Shown: piece by piece, positions 45,973 to 53,908 of the stretch
Numbering within the stretch: position 1 is the stretch's first letter
Layout of the letters: each line of letters opens with the position of its first letter
Source: a virus
Lineage: Duplodnaviria; Caudoviricetes
IMG/VR virus record: IMGVR_UViG_3300027787_000003
Span: 1 to 59,428 of that record
DNA: 59,428 nt
Direction: 5' to 3' (one strand)
Program-made: the position numbers and the translations under genes
Notes under the pieces: model-generated
Told to the model about the DNA's origin: nothing
The model's input: the letters and a program-made list of their open reading frames with translations, nothing else
Database searches by the model: none

Positions 45973-46193
45973 CAGGCCACGCTCACGTAGCGCATGGCGG
46001 TCGCCAGAAGGTGGTCGTAGTCGCCGCTGAGGGCTTCATCGAAGAACTCGCGGGCGGCGTCCCTGTGGCCCGCTCGGTCGAGCGCCCCGCGTACCCGGCT
46101 GGCGATCAAGAACCCGTTGCCGTCCTGGCCGGTGAGCTGAACGAACACCTCAGGGAACTTCGGCCCTTCGGCGGCGGTGGTCTGGTCTGACAT
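45972..46193 (-). CDS. Hypothetical protein
   Basis: LTGQDGNGF..SGDYDHLL. AAAGGA RBS. Confidence 0.7.
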   Translation of the reverse strand: MSDQTTAAEGPKFPEVFVQLTGQDGNGFLIASRVRGALDRAGHRDAAREFFDEALSGDYDHLLATAMRYVSVA

Positions 46194-46293
46194 GATCAGG
46201 TGTCCTTTCTGGACGGTTGGGTGGTTGTGGATGGGCCGACGCCCGGCGGCAATCTGGGTCTGACACTGCCCGCCGCCGGGCGTCAGGGAACGG

Positions 46294-46785
46294 CTACCCC
46301 TCGTACGGGCCGACCATGCCGCCGCGAGCGAATCGCGACTGGCCGTACCCGACGATCGGGCTTACGACGTCCTCGGTGCGCTCGACGCGACCGAACCGGC
46401 CCATCACCTCGGCGGCGGGCGGCTCGCCGCCCTCGGGCATCATCGAGGCGTAGTCGATGGCCAGCTCCATCGTCGGCCAGTTGGCCTCGCCGATGAACTC
46501 CAGCAGACCCGGCCAGTTGAACCGGCGGGCCTCGCTGCCGGTGACCACCCAGCGGACGTGCCGACCGTCACGCCAGCCGACGGCGGCGTAGTGGTAGGCC
46601 CGGCCCGCCATGTACCGGCTGAACCGCACGACCGGCGGCGCGGTGGCCTCGGCGCTGACCGGCGGCATCTTCGGGCGGCTGGCCTCGCGCTCAAGGCGCG
46701 CCGCCTCGGCGGCGGCTCGGGCCAGTTCGTCGGCTCGCTGGCGCGCTTCCTGCGCCTGGCGGACCAGTTCGGCGGCTGTGCTCAT
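46294..46785 (-). CDS. Hypothetical protein
   Basis: 163 aa, AAGGAG RBS. Confidence 0.7.
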   Translation of the reverse strand: MSTAAELVRQAQEARQRADELARAAAEAARLEREASRPKMPPVSAEATAPPVVRFSRYMAGRAYHYAAVGWRDGRHVRWVVTGSEARRFNWPGLLEFIGEANWPTMELAIDYASMMPEGGEPPAAEVMGRFGRVERTEDVVSPIVGYGQSRFARGGMVGPYEG

Positions 46786-46869
46786 GGTGTTCTCCTTGGT
46801 GGTTGTGTGCGATCTGGGTAGGGCGGGAGGCCCGGCCCACTAGCTCGACCGGGCCTCCCAGGTGGACTC

Positions 46870-47928
46870 TCAGGCGGGCATCACGGCGGCGAACGCCTTG
46901 GCCTTCATGTCGCTGACCTCGGCGCTGAGCAGCGTGCGCTGGGCGCGCTTGATCGCCGCCTCCTCGGCCTCCATCTTCGCCTCGCCCGTGACCGGCGCGA
47001 GGTGGTCGAAGTACTCGGTGACCGCGTTGTACGCGCCGAACGCCGTGCCGTAGAACGGCTTGACCGTCGGGCTGGTCTGGTACAGGTCCATGACCGTGTT
47101 GACCCGCTCGATGCGGCTGTTCTTCTGGCGCTCGGTGGTCGCGCCCTCGACCCCGAACAGGCCCGTGAAGATGTCGAGCACCTTCACGTTGTCGAGCGAC
47201 TGAGCGATCCGGCGCTCGCACTCAGCAACGTAGGTGTCGCCCAGCTTGAACGTCAGGCCCAGCAGGTTGCGGACCTCGGCCATCCGAGCGCGCGGGTCGC
47301 CCGTGTGGCGCAGCGCCACCCGTGAGACCGCCATGCTCTCGGCCATCCGCTGAGTGTTGGCGCACACCACCCGAACCGGGCTGATGTTGGCCACCAGCGA
47401 GCCGCCGCCGTCGTGCCAGTTGAAGATGCTGAGGTACAGGCTGGTCTTGTCCACCGAGCCGTCGAGGCCCTTCAGCTCCATCCAGTCGGGCATGACCATC
47501 GTGACGAACGTGCGCCGACCGCCGTCGAGGCCCGCCAGGGTCTCGATGTGCCCGCCGCTGGCCTCGGTGATGTCGCCGAGCAGCGCCGTGGTCGCCTCGT
47601 TCTGGAAGGGCTGCCAGTGGTTGCCGACGACGCCCAGCGCCTCGACCTTGCCGTTCACCGGGTTCGTCCGCAGCGTGGCGAACTTGCCGGGGACGGTGAC
47701 CTCGATGTCCTCGCCGTCAGGGCCGGGCACCTTGGCCGTCAGCGGCACCTTGCGGACGTCCCAGCCGCGCATGTGAGCGGCGTCGAGGGCTTCGTCCACG
47801 GTCATCGCGTGGCCGACCGGGGTGCCGAGGCGGTGCCAGGCGTCGGTGACGGTCTCGCCGTTGGCGAGCTGGCGGGTCCGCGAATCTGCGAACGCGGCTA
47901 CCCCGTCGGTGATGTCGATGTCGTGCAT
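46870..47928 (-). CDS. DUF932-family phage/plasmid protein
   Basis: AWHRLG, HDGGGS, PVRVVCANT, LRHT, GTAFGAYNAVTEY. AAAGGA RBS. Confidence 0.8.
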   Translation of the reverse strand: MHDIDITDGVAAFADSRTRQLANGETVTDAWHRLGTPVGHAMTVDEALDAAHMRGWDVRKVPLTAKVPGPDGEDIEVTVPGKFATLRTNPVNGKVEALGVVGNHWQPFQNEATTALLGDITEASGGHIETLAGLDGGRRTFVTMVMPDWMELKGLDGSVDKTSLYLSIFNWHDGGGSLVANISPVRVVCANTQRMAESMAVSRVALRHTGDPRARMAEVRNLLGLTFKLGDTYVAECERRIAQSLDNVKVLDIFTGLFGVEGATTERQKNSRIERVNTVMDLYQTSPTVKPFYGTAFGAYNAVTEYFDHLAPVTGEAKMEAEEAAIKRAQRTLLSAEVSDMKAKAFAAVMPA

Positions 47929-47978
47929 GGTTTTCCTTTCGTTGTCGGCGGGCCTGTCCCGCCGGGCTGGTGGTGAGT

Positions 47979-48064
47979 GATCGAGCGGGCCAGCCTTGAA
48001 CGCTCGCCGCTGGAACGAATGCAGCCGGGTCGTTGCGCCAGTTGAGTTACCGGCCCGCTCGATC
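47979..48064 (-). ncRNA. Candidate structured RNA / long structured 5' leader
   Basis: Perfect 13-bp outer stem with nested CTGG/CCAG and AACGA/TCGTT stems, directly downstream of promoter copy 5. Confidence 0.45.
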
Positions 48065-48086
48065 GTCGCTGTGAAGTTGTAGCCCT

Positions 48087-48116
48087 ACACTAACCCGCCC
48101 TTGTCGGGTTTGTCAA
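48087..48116 (-). promoter_or_regulatory. SigA-like promoter with operator (copy 5)
   Basis: - strand TTGACA-AACCCGACAAGGGCGGGT-TAGTGT. Confidence 0.85.
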
Positions 48117-48134
48117 GCGCCCGGACCAGCGAAT

Positions 48135-48281
48135 TTAGGCCAATATCGCCGCGATCGGTAGCCAGAGGCACCCTCCCAGCACGATCACCGCCGACCAGAA
48201 CTCAAGGCGCGAGTGCTGGCGGGCGATCAGCAGCCCTCCCAGGGCGAACAGCCACACGATCAGGCTCCAGACGATCACCAT
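48135..48281 (-). CDS. Small 2-TM membrane protein
   Basis: MVIVWSLIVWLFALGGLLI..FWSAVIVLGGCLWLPIAAILA. GGGAGG RBS. Confidence 0.6.
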   Translation of the reverse strand: MVIVWSLIVWLFALGGLLIARQHSRLEFWSAVIVLGGCLWLPIAAILA

Positions 48282-48694
48282 TGCCCCTCCCCTTGTGGCC
48301 CGGTGAAGTACCAGGTCAGGTCGCGATTGATGGCCTCCAGCGTGGCGTCGTCCACCTCGGGCAGGATGTCGGTCACCTCGACGGTCTCGCCGCCGGGGTA
48401 CTCGATGCAGCCGGTCTCCGCGCCCCGGCACGGCTGGTCGGTCGTGTGCGTGTGCAACGTCAGCGCCGGGATGCGAACGACGCGCTCGTAGCGCCCAGGC
48501 GGCAGCACGCGGCAGTCGAGGCTCGCCATCAGCCCATCAGGCCGGGCGCGGCGCGATCGGCTCTCAGCGGCGAGCTGAGCCGCCCAGGCGATGTGCCCGG
48601 CGTCGGCGACCCGCTCGGCTCGGCGGGCGCGCTGGCGGCGCTTCCAGCCCAGCGGGCCACACGACCGGCATCCCAGGGCGTGGTCGAGGCTCAC
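48275..48694 (-). CDS. Hypothetical protein
   Basis: GTGA overlap at 48694. Confidence 0.55.
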   Translation of the reverse strand: MSLDHALGCRSCGPLGWKRRQRARRAERVADAGHIAWAAQLAAESRSRRARPDGLMASLDCRVLPPGRYERVVRIPALTLHTHTTDQPCRGAETGCIEYPGGETVEVTDILPEVDDATLEAINRDLTWYFTGPQGEGQW

Positions 48695-49038
48695 GGCACG
48701 ACCACCTTGAACTCGCGCCGGAACAGGCACAGCTTCCGGCCTCGGGCGAGGTGCAGGCAGAACATCGGTTCTCGGTCTCCTTTCAGGACGGTCGCGACGG
48801 TGCCGCGCCGGTCGTCGTGGGCGGGGATCACTACCAGGTCGCCCTTGACCGGCTCGACCGTGGTCTCCGACCCGGCGATGCGGGTCAGGGCGGCGTCCTC
48901 GGCGTCGGCCTGGGCGTCGGCCTTCGTGTCGTGCTGCTGGTCGAGGCCCGGCCCGCTGGCGTACCAGCCGTGGGCGTTCTGCTCGACCAGGTACGGCCCG
49001 GCGGTGTAGACGCCGTTCTGGACTCGGCTCCACTTCAT
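48691..49038 (-). CDS. Hypothetical protein
   Basis: ATGA overlap at 49038. Confidence 0.6.
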   Translation of the reverse strand: MKWSRVQNGVYTAGPYLVEQNAHGWYASGPGLDQQHDTKADAQADAEDAALTRIAGSETTVEPVKGDLVVIPAHDDRRGTVATVLKGDREPMFCLHLARGRKLCLFRREFKVVVP

Positions 49039-49310
49039 GGCCTGACCACCGATCCGTCGGCGGTGCGGCAGATCGTGCAGCGCCGGATGTGGTGGGTCTC
49101 GCACGGCGCGAGCTTGTACCAGGCGCTCACCTGGGCGTGCAGCTCGCCGATGACCGGGGTCAGGGCGTGAGCCTCGGCCAGCCGACCGCTCGACCGCAGA
49201 ATCTCCCGCGCGGTCTGAAGGGTCTCGCGGGCCTTGATCGCCTGGTGGGCGGCAGTGGTGCTGGTGACCGGCTTCCGCGCATCGCGGACCCGGCTGGCGA
49301 CGACGCTCAT
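49035..49310 (-). CDS. Hypothetical protein
   Basis: GAGGAG RBS, ATGA overlap, C-terminal C..H...C..C. Confidence 0.6.
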   Translation of the reverse strand: MSVVASRVRDARKPVTSTTAAHQAIKARETLQTAREILRSSGRLAEAHALTPVIGELHAQVSAWYKLAPCETHHIRRCTICRTADGSVVRP

Positions 49311-49549
49311 TTCGCGCTCCTCACGCATCGGCAGTAGGCCCTCGCGCCGTCAGGCGTCAGGGCGTAGGTGAACACTCGCGCCACGCACCGCTGGCAGCGG
49401 CGTGGCTCTCCCAGGTGTTTCTCGAACTCGCCCAGGGTCGCCAGGTCGGCGACCGCCTGGGCCTCGCGCTCAGCGAGCAGCGCGCGGTGCTGAGCTGCCT
49501 GCTCCCGGCTCAGGACCGGGACGGCGAACTCGGGCCTCGGCTCCCTCAT
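49307..49549 (-). CDS. Hypothetical zinc-binding protein
   Basis: CQRC..CRC. ATGA overlap. Confidence 0.55.
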   Translation of the reverse strand: MREPRPEFAVPVLSREQAAQHRALLAEREAQAVADLATLGEFEKHLGEPRRCQRCVARVFTYALTPDGARAYCRCVRSAK

Positions 49550-49785
49550 CGCGCCGCCCTCCGTGCCTGCCAGTACGCGGCGTTCTCGTTCAGCTCGAAG
49601 TCGATGATGCGGGCGGCGTCGGCGGTGAGCTGGTCGTCAGCTCCCAGGGCGGTCTCGCCGAGCTGGCTCAGCTCCCACGCCTCGCGGTGGTCGGCGCAGT
49701 CCTCGGGACGATCGTTGGCGCACGGGCACTCCTCGGCGAAAAACCAGTCGGGGTGCGGGACGCCGTTGATGTTGACCCATCCCAT
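49546..49785 (-). CDS. Hypothetical protein
   Basis: GAGGAG RBS, first gene after promoter copy 6. Confidence 0.65.
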   Translation of the reverse strand: MGWVNINGVPHPDWFFAEECPCANDRPEDCADHREAWELSQLGETALGADDQLTADAARIIDFELNENAAYWQARRAAR

Positions 49786-49831
49786 CGGGGTCTCCTCTCG
49801 GTCGGGCGGGCTGGTCCCGCCGTCGTGGTCT

Positions 49832-49861
49832 ACAATAACCCGCCCTTGTCGGGTTTGTCAA
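49832..49861 (-). promoter_or_regulatory. SigA-like promoter with operator (copy 6)
   Basis: - strand TTGACA-AACCCGACAAGGGCGGGT-TATTGT. Confidence 0.85.
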
Positions 49862-49876
49862 ACCCTCCTAGCAGCG

Positions 49877-49906
49877 AAAACCGCCCCGGCGCGATGGCCG
49901 GGGCGG
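49877..49906 (-). terminator. Intrinsic terminator
   Basis: - strand CCGCCCCGGC-CATCGC-GCCGGGGCGG-TTTT after the stop at 49922. Confidence 0.75.
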
Positions 49907-49921
49907 TCTCGGGGCGGTCGA

Positions 49922-50602
49922 TCAGGCTTGCTCAGCCTGACGGGCCTGCCAGGCGGCGGACCCGGCGGCGCGAGCGCCGTTCGGGATGTACCGCAACCAG
50001 GTGTCGAGCTGGAGCGCGGCGTCGTCGGCGGTCATGCCCTCGGGCAGCTCGCCGTCGAGGATCGCCTGCACCGCCTGGTGGACCAGCGCGCCGAGCGCCT
50101 GGCGCTGGGCGACCTTGCCACCCTTGGGCTTCGCCGGGGCGATCGGGGTCGCCTCGCCAGCCTCGACCGCCTCGGCCTGAACCTCGGCCTCGGGCTGAGT
50201 CACGACCGGCTCGTCCACCGGGGACTCCTCGGCCTCGACCTCGGTGGCCTCGACCAGCTCGGGCTGCTCGACCTTGGCCTTCGGCGCGCCCTTGGCGATG
50301 ATCAGCGCGTCGATCGCCTCGGCCTGCCAGCCCTTGTCGGCGGGGAAGTCGCCGACCTCGGCCTTGCCCTTGACGGCGGTCGGGACGGCGGGGACGACCT
50401 TGGTGCGGTGGTTGTCCTGGTGGTAGCCCTCCTGGCTCGCCTTGAACGCGGCGGCGGCTGACTTGTGCCAGCTCCACGGGCCGAAGTCGCTCTCACCCTT
50501 GCCCGCGACCATCAGGACGTGGGTGTAGGGCATGGTGCCCGAGGTGCGGGTGAAGGTCTCGCCGTTGGGTGCGGTGGCGGTGAACTCGATCTTTGCGGCC
50601 AT
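49922..50602 (-). CDS. Hypothetical early protein
   Basis: 226 aa with an acidic linker, GAGAGG RBS, two tandem promoters upstream. Confidence 0.75.
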   Translation of the reverse strand: MAAKIEFTATAPNGETFTRTSGTMPYTHVLMVAGKGESDFGPWSWHKSAAAAFKASQEGYHQDNHRTKVVPAVPTAVKGKAEVGDFPADKGWQAEAIDALIIAKGAPKAKVEQPELVEATEVEAEESPVDEPVVTQPEAEVQAEAVEAGEATPIAPAKPKGGKVAQRQALGALVHQAVQAILDGELPEGMTADDAALQLDTWLRYIPNGARAAGSAAWQARQAEQA

Positions 50603-50651
50603 GATGTTTTCCTCTCGGTTGTGGCGGGCTGTTCCCGACCTGACGAGAGCT

Positions 50652-50681
50652 ACACTAACCCGCCCTTGTCGGGTAAGTCAA
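50652..50681 (-). promoter_or_regulatory. SigA-like promoter with operator (copy 7)
   Basis: - strand TTGACT-TACCCGACAAGGGCGGGT-TAGTGT. Confidence 0.85.
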
Positions 50682-50777
50682 GTGGATAGGAGAAATTCGC
50701 GCGAAAATCTTTTCCCCAGGTCAGCGGAGGTATTCCGCGCACCTCTCGGTTGGTCCCCGGCGACCGGCTCCAGCCCT

Positions 50778-50807
50778 ACACTAACCTGTCAATGTCGGGT
50801 TTGTCAA
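50778..50807 (-). promoter_or_regulatory. SigA-like promoter with operator variant (copy 8)
   Basis: - strand TTGACA-AACCCGACATTGACAGGT-TAGTGT. Confidence 0.8.
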
Positions 50808-50851
50808 CACGCCTGGACGATCTGGGCCTGTCCTCGCGATACGATCGCGGC

Positions 50852-51685
50852 ATGGCCTCGACCTCGACCGTCGGCAAGACGACCAACGTCCCGCCGTCCA
50901 CGCTGAATACCTTCCACCGCAACCCTCGCAAGGGCGACATCCCGGCGATCATGGCGAGCCTGCGCCGCCATAACCAGTACAAACCGATCACGGTCAACGT
51001 CGGCACCCACACGGGCCGACCGAACGAGGTGCTGGCGGGCAACCACACCCTGCTCGCGATCCGCGCGCTGGCCGAGGACGACCCCGACGACAAGCGATGG
51101 CACAAGGCGATCGCGTTCTGGGTGGACGTCGATGACGACATGGCCGACCGAATCGTGGTCGCCGACAACCAAACCGGACAGCTCGGCGGGTTCGATGAAG
51201 CCGAGCTGGCCGAGCTGGTGGCCGGGTTCGGCTCAGACATCGAGGGCCTGGGGTTCACTGAGGCCGACATCGCCGACCTGAACGCGCTGCACCAGGAGGG
51301 GCAAACCGACCTACCGCCGTTCACCTCGCCATTCGATGACCGTGGCAACGGCTCCACCGGGGAGACCGGCCCGCGCGACGACGGGCTGGTGAACGCGAAG
51401 GACATGACTCAGCGCCGCGACGAGTACGCCGAGAACGCCGGTCAGCGCATGGTCGTGCTCTCGATGCCGATTAACGTGTTCGTCTGGGTTCAGGAGGCCC
51501 TGGCCGAGGTGCGCTCGGCTGAGGGCGTCGAGACCAACACCGACGCCGTGGTGAAGCTGCTGGAGGCGTACACCAGCCGGTCAGCGCCCGCGCCCGAGGC
51601 CACGCCCGAGCCGGTCGCCGACGAGTTCGAGCGATTCCCCGCCGAGCCGGGCGATCCTGAGGGCTTCGATGACGCTGGCGACTGA
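50852..51685 (+). CDS. ParB/Srx-like N-terminal domain protein
   Basis: HRNPRKG..IMASL..QYKPI..VLAGNHT..IVVADN. ATG 50852 lies 6 nt after TACGAT. Confidence 0.85.
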   Translation: MASTSTVGKTTNVPPSTLNTFHRNPRKGDIPAIMASLRRHNQYKPITVNVGTHTGRPNEVLAGNHTLLAIRALAEDDPDDKRWHKAIAFWVDVDDDMADRIVVADNQTGQLGGFDEAELAELVAGFGSDIEGLGFTEADIADLNALHQEGQTDLPPFTSPFDDRGNGSTGETGPRDDGLVNAKDMTQRRDEYAENAGQRMVVLSMPINVFVWVQEALAEVRSAEGVETNTDAVVKLLEAYTSRSAPAPEATPEPVADEFERFPAEPGDPEGFDDAGD

Positions 51686-52547
51686 GCTTCATCGCCTCGA
51701 TGTGAAGCGCGTGGCGTCAGCCGAGGACGCGACGACGTGCGTCGGCGACATGGTGCCCGAGCGCGAGCCGACCGACATGCGCCCTGGGACGGTGGTCTAC
51801 GACGCCGACACGGGCGAGCCGGTCCTGGGATACCTCGCCCTGGCCGACCCAGGCCCGCTGCGGCGGGCGCTGCTCCAGATCGACTGCGGGGCGGCGGTCC
51901 AGCGGGCCAACAACTACCGCTCCCGGTCGCGGACGTTCGGCTATGCGCCGCGCCGCCCGGTGATCTGGCGCGAGGCGTGCGGCATCGCCACCCTCGGGCG
52001 CGACCAGCCCGACATCGAGGCGGTGCTGGAGGGGTACGCCGATCAGTTCATGGACGGGCTGGCCCGCATCGACGTCAACCTGATCCGCGCCGGGCGGGCG
52101 GCGACCGAGAGCGTTCGGCCCGACTGGAAGATGGGCGGCGCGCAGTTCTGGACCTCGGGCGTGGTCAACGACACCGCCCAGCTCCCGTACCACCGCGACG
52201 GGTTCAACTTCCCGGTCTGGTCGGCGATGCCGCTGGTCCGCCGGGGAACGCGCGGCGGTCATCTTCACCTCCCCGAGTACGACCTGGTGGTGCCGTGCGC
52301 CGACGCCACGGTGACGTACTTCGAGGGCTTCCGCCTGGTCCACGGCGTCACGCCGATTCGCCGGGTCAAGGCCAAGGAGGGCTACCGAATCAGCGCGGTC
52401 TACTACGCGCTGCGGGGGATGAAGAACTGCCGCTCAGCCGCCGAGGAAGCCGCCTACGGGCGGAAGCGCCGAACCGAGCGCGAGGCTGAAATGGCCGCGC
52501 GCCTGGCCGCTGGCGATCGGTCGATCCCCGGTCAGACCAAGGGCTGA
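51669..52547 (+). CDS. TET/JBP-family 2-oxoglutarate/Fe(II) dioxygenase
   Basis: WTSGVVN..LPYHRDGFN (HxD), GGHLHLPEY, VHGVTP (distal His), YRISAVYY (2OG-binding Arg). Confidence 0.9.
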   Translation: MTLATELHRLDVKRVASAEDATTCVGDMVPEREPTDMRPGTVVYDADTGEPVLGYLALADPGPLRRALLQIDCGAAVQRANNYRSRSRTFGYAPRRPVIWREACGIATLGRDQPDIEAVLEGYADQFMDGLARIDVNLIRAGRAATESVRPDWKMGGAQFWTSGVVNDTAQLPYHRDGFNFPVWSAMPLVRRGTRGGHLHLPEYDLVVPCADATVTYFEGFRLVHGVTPIRRVKAKEGYRISAVYYALRGMKNCRSAAEEAAYGRKRRTEREAEMAARLAAGDRSIPGQTKG

Positions 52548-52551
52548 GTTA

Positions 52552-52580
52552 CCCGACCGGGGCGGGCAATAGGCTATCCT
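52552..52580 (+). promoter_or_regulatory. Operator copy plus -10 element for the glycosyltransferase gene
   Basis: CCCGAC-CGG-GGCGGG (52552-52566), then TATCCT (52575-52580) 6 nt before the ATG. Confidence 0.55.
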
Positions 52581-52586
52581 CGGGCC

Positions 52587-53333
52587 ATGCCTCGGAACGT
52601 CCAGATCGCGATTCCCTCGTACCACCGCCCGCGCCGCATCGCTGAGACCACGCTGCCGCTGCTGCGCGACGGCGGCGTGGACATGGCCAGCGTGACCGTG
52701 TTCCTGACCGATGAGACCGAGCTGGCCGCGTACACGCCCGCCATCGAGGCGTTCGGCATCGGCGTCGAGGTCGGCCACGGCGTCGGCACCGCCGAGGCCC
52801 ACAATCACATCGCCCGCCACTATCCACCAGGGACGCCGCTGGTCCAGATAGACGACGACGTGAGCCGCATCGTCCAGCGCCAGGACGAGAAAACGCTGGT
52901 CGATGTGCGCGACCTCCCGGCGCTGTTCGACCTGGCGTTCCATGAGGCGTGCGGGACGCTGTGGTGCGTGTACCCGGCGGCGAACCCGTTCTACATGGCC
53001 GACCGGGTGCGGCGCTCGGGTCTCTGGTACGCCGAGGGCTGCCTGTTCGGCTACGAGGTCTCAGGCGGTGACTGGGAGCTGTGCCACGTTGACCACGGCG
53101 ACGACTACGAGCGGTCGATCAGGTTCTTCGAGGCCCTGGGCGCGGTGACGCGGCTCGACAACTACAGCTTCGTGAGCAAGTTCTGGAAGGAGCCGGGTGG
53201 CCTTCAGGACGTCCGCACGCCCGAGAACGTCATGGCTGGGCTGACGTACATCACCGACCGCTGGCCACACCTGGCGAAGCTCTACTACAACGCCGCCGGG
53301 CGTCCCAACCTGCGGCTGAAGGTGATCAAGTGA
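52587..53333 (+). CDS. GT-A fold glycosyltransferase (TET-associated type)
   Basis: IAIPSYHRP N-terminal strand, VQIDDD metal-binding motif, DDYERSI, PGGLQ. Confidence 0.85.
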   Translation: MPRNVQIAIPSYHRPRRIAETTLPLLRDGGVDMASVTVFLTDETELAAYTPAIEAFGIGVEVGHGVGTAEAHNHIARHYPPGTPLVQIDDDVSRIVQRQDEKTLVDVRDLPALFDLAFHEACGTLWCVYPAANPFYMADRVRRSGLWYAEGCLFGYEVSGGDWELCHVDHGDDYERSIRFFEALGAVTRLDNYSFVSKFWKEPGGLQDVRTPENVMAGLTYITDRWPHLAKLYYNAAGRPNLRLKVIK

Positions 53334-53908
53334 CCGCCCTGATCGTCGCGCCACACTGCGACGACGCCGAGCTGGGCTGCTCGATGGTGGCCAAGGGCGC
53401 GCGGCTCGCCGTCGTCAGCGCGAACGACGGCGCTCGCTGGGAGGAGCAGGTCCAAGGCGCGGCGTGGATGGGCGTGGCCGACACCATGCGCGCGGGGTTC
53501 CCCGACGGGGAGGTGGTCCACGACCGCCACCTGGTCGGGTTCATCGAACTGGCGCTCACCGGCTGCGACGTCGTGTACTCGCCGCCGCTGGCCGACACCC
53601 ATCAGGACCACGCCGCCGTCGCCCGCGCGGTGATCAGCGCCGCCCGCCGGTCGCCGGTCGGCATCATCGAGTACGAGACCCCGAGCGTGCTGCCGAGCTG
53701 GGAGCCGAACTGGTGGGTGCCGATGACGCCGACCGACCTGGACGAGCAACACCTGGCCCTGAGCTGCCACGTCAGCCAACACGACCGGCCCTACTTCAGC
53801 CCGCACTGGCTCGGCAATCGAGCCATGTTCCGAGGCCAACAGGTCGGCGTCCCGTTCGCCCAGACCTTCCGCGTGGTGCGGGCGGTCCGACAAGGAGGGT
53901 TCCTGTGA
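53330..53908 (+). CDS. PIG-L/LmbE-family N-acetyl-sugar deacetylase
   Basis: VAPHCDDAELG and DTHQDH Zn motifs, R..E, YETP, CHVSQ. Confidence 0.9.
   Translation: MTALIVAPHCDDAELGCSMVAKGARLAVVSANDGARWEEQVQGAAWMGVADTMRAGFPDGEVVHDRHLVGFIELALTGCDVVYSPPLADTHQDHAAVARAVISAARRSPVGIIEYETPSVLPSWEPNWWVPMTPTDLDEQHLALSCHVSQHDRPYFSPHWLGNRAMFRGQQVGVPFAQTFRVVRAVRQGGFL

Noticed and set aside
47979-48064. tRNA gene
   Set aside because: The acceptor-like stem and D/T-loop echoes exist, but the D stem, anticodon arm and 5-bp T stem cannot be formed. Kept only as a structured RNA candidate.
45503-50807. CRISPR-like array from the 30-bp repeats
   Set aside because: Repeats are separated by 0.1-2.6 kb containing whole genes and match -35/-10 promoter geometry. 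No cas operon is present; the Cas4-like gene is a typical phage exonuclease.
50852-51685. ParABS partition system implying a plasmid prophage
   Set aside because: No ParA ATPase. The neighbouring P-loop protein has a kinase-type Walker A, and ParB-like domains commonly accompany phage DNA-modification genes.
52587-53908. Mycothiol-like MshA/MshB pathway
   Set aside because: The glycosyltransferase is GT-A (DxD type), unlike GT-B MshA, and its context is a TET/JBP gene. Disfavoured but not formally excluded.
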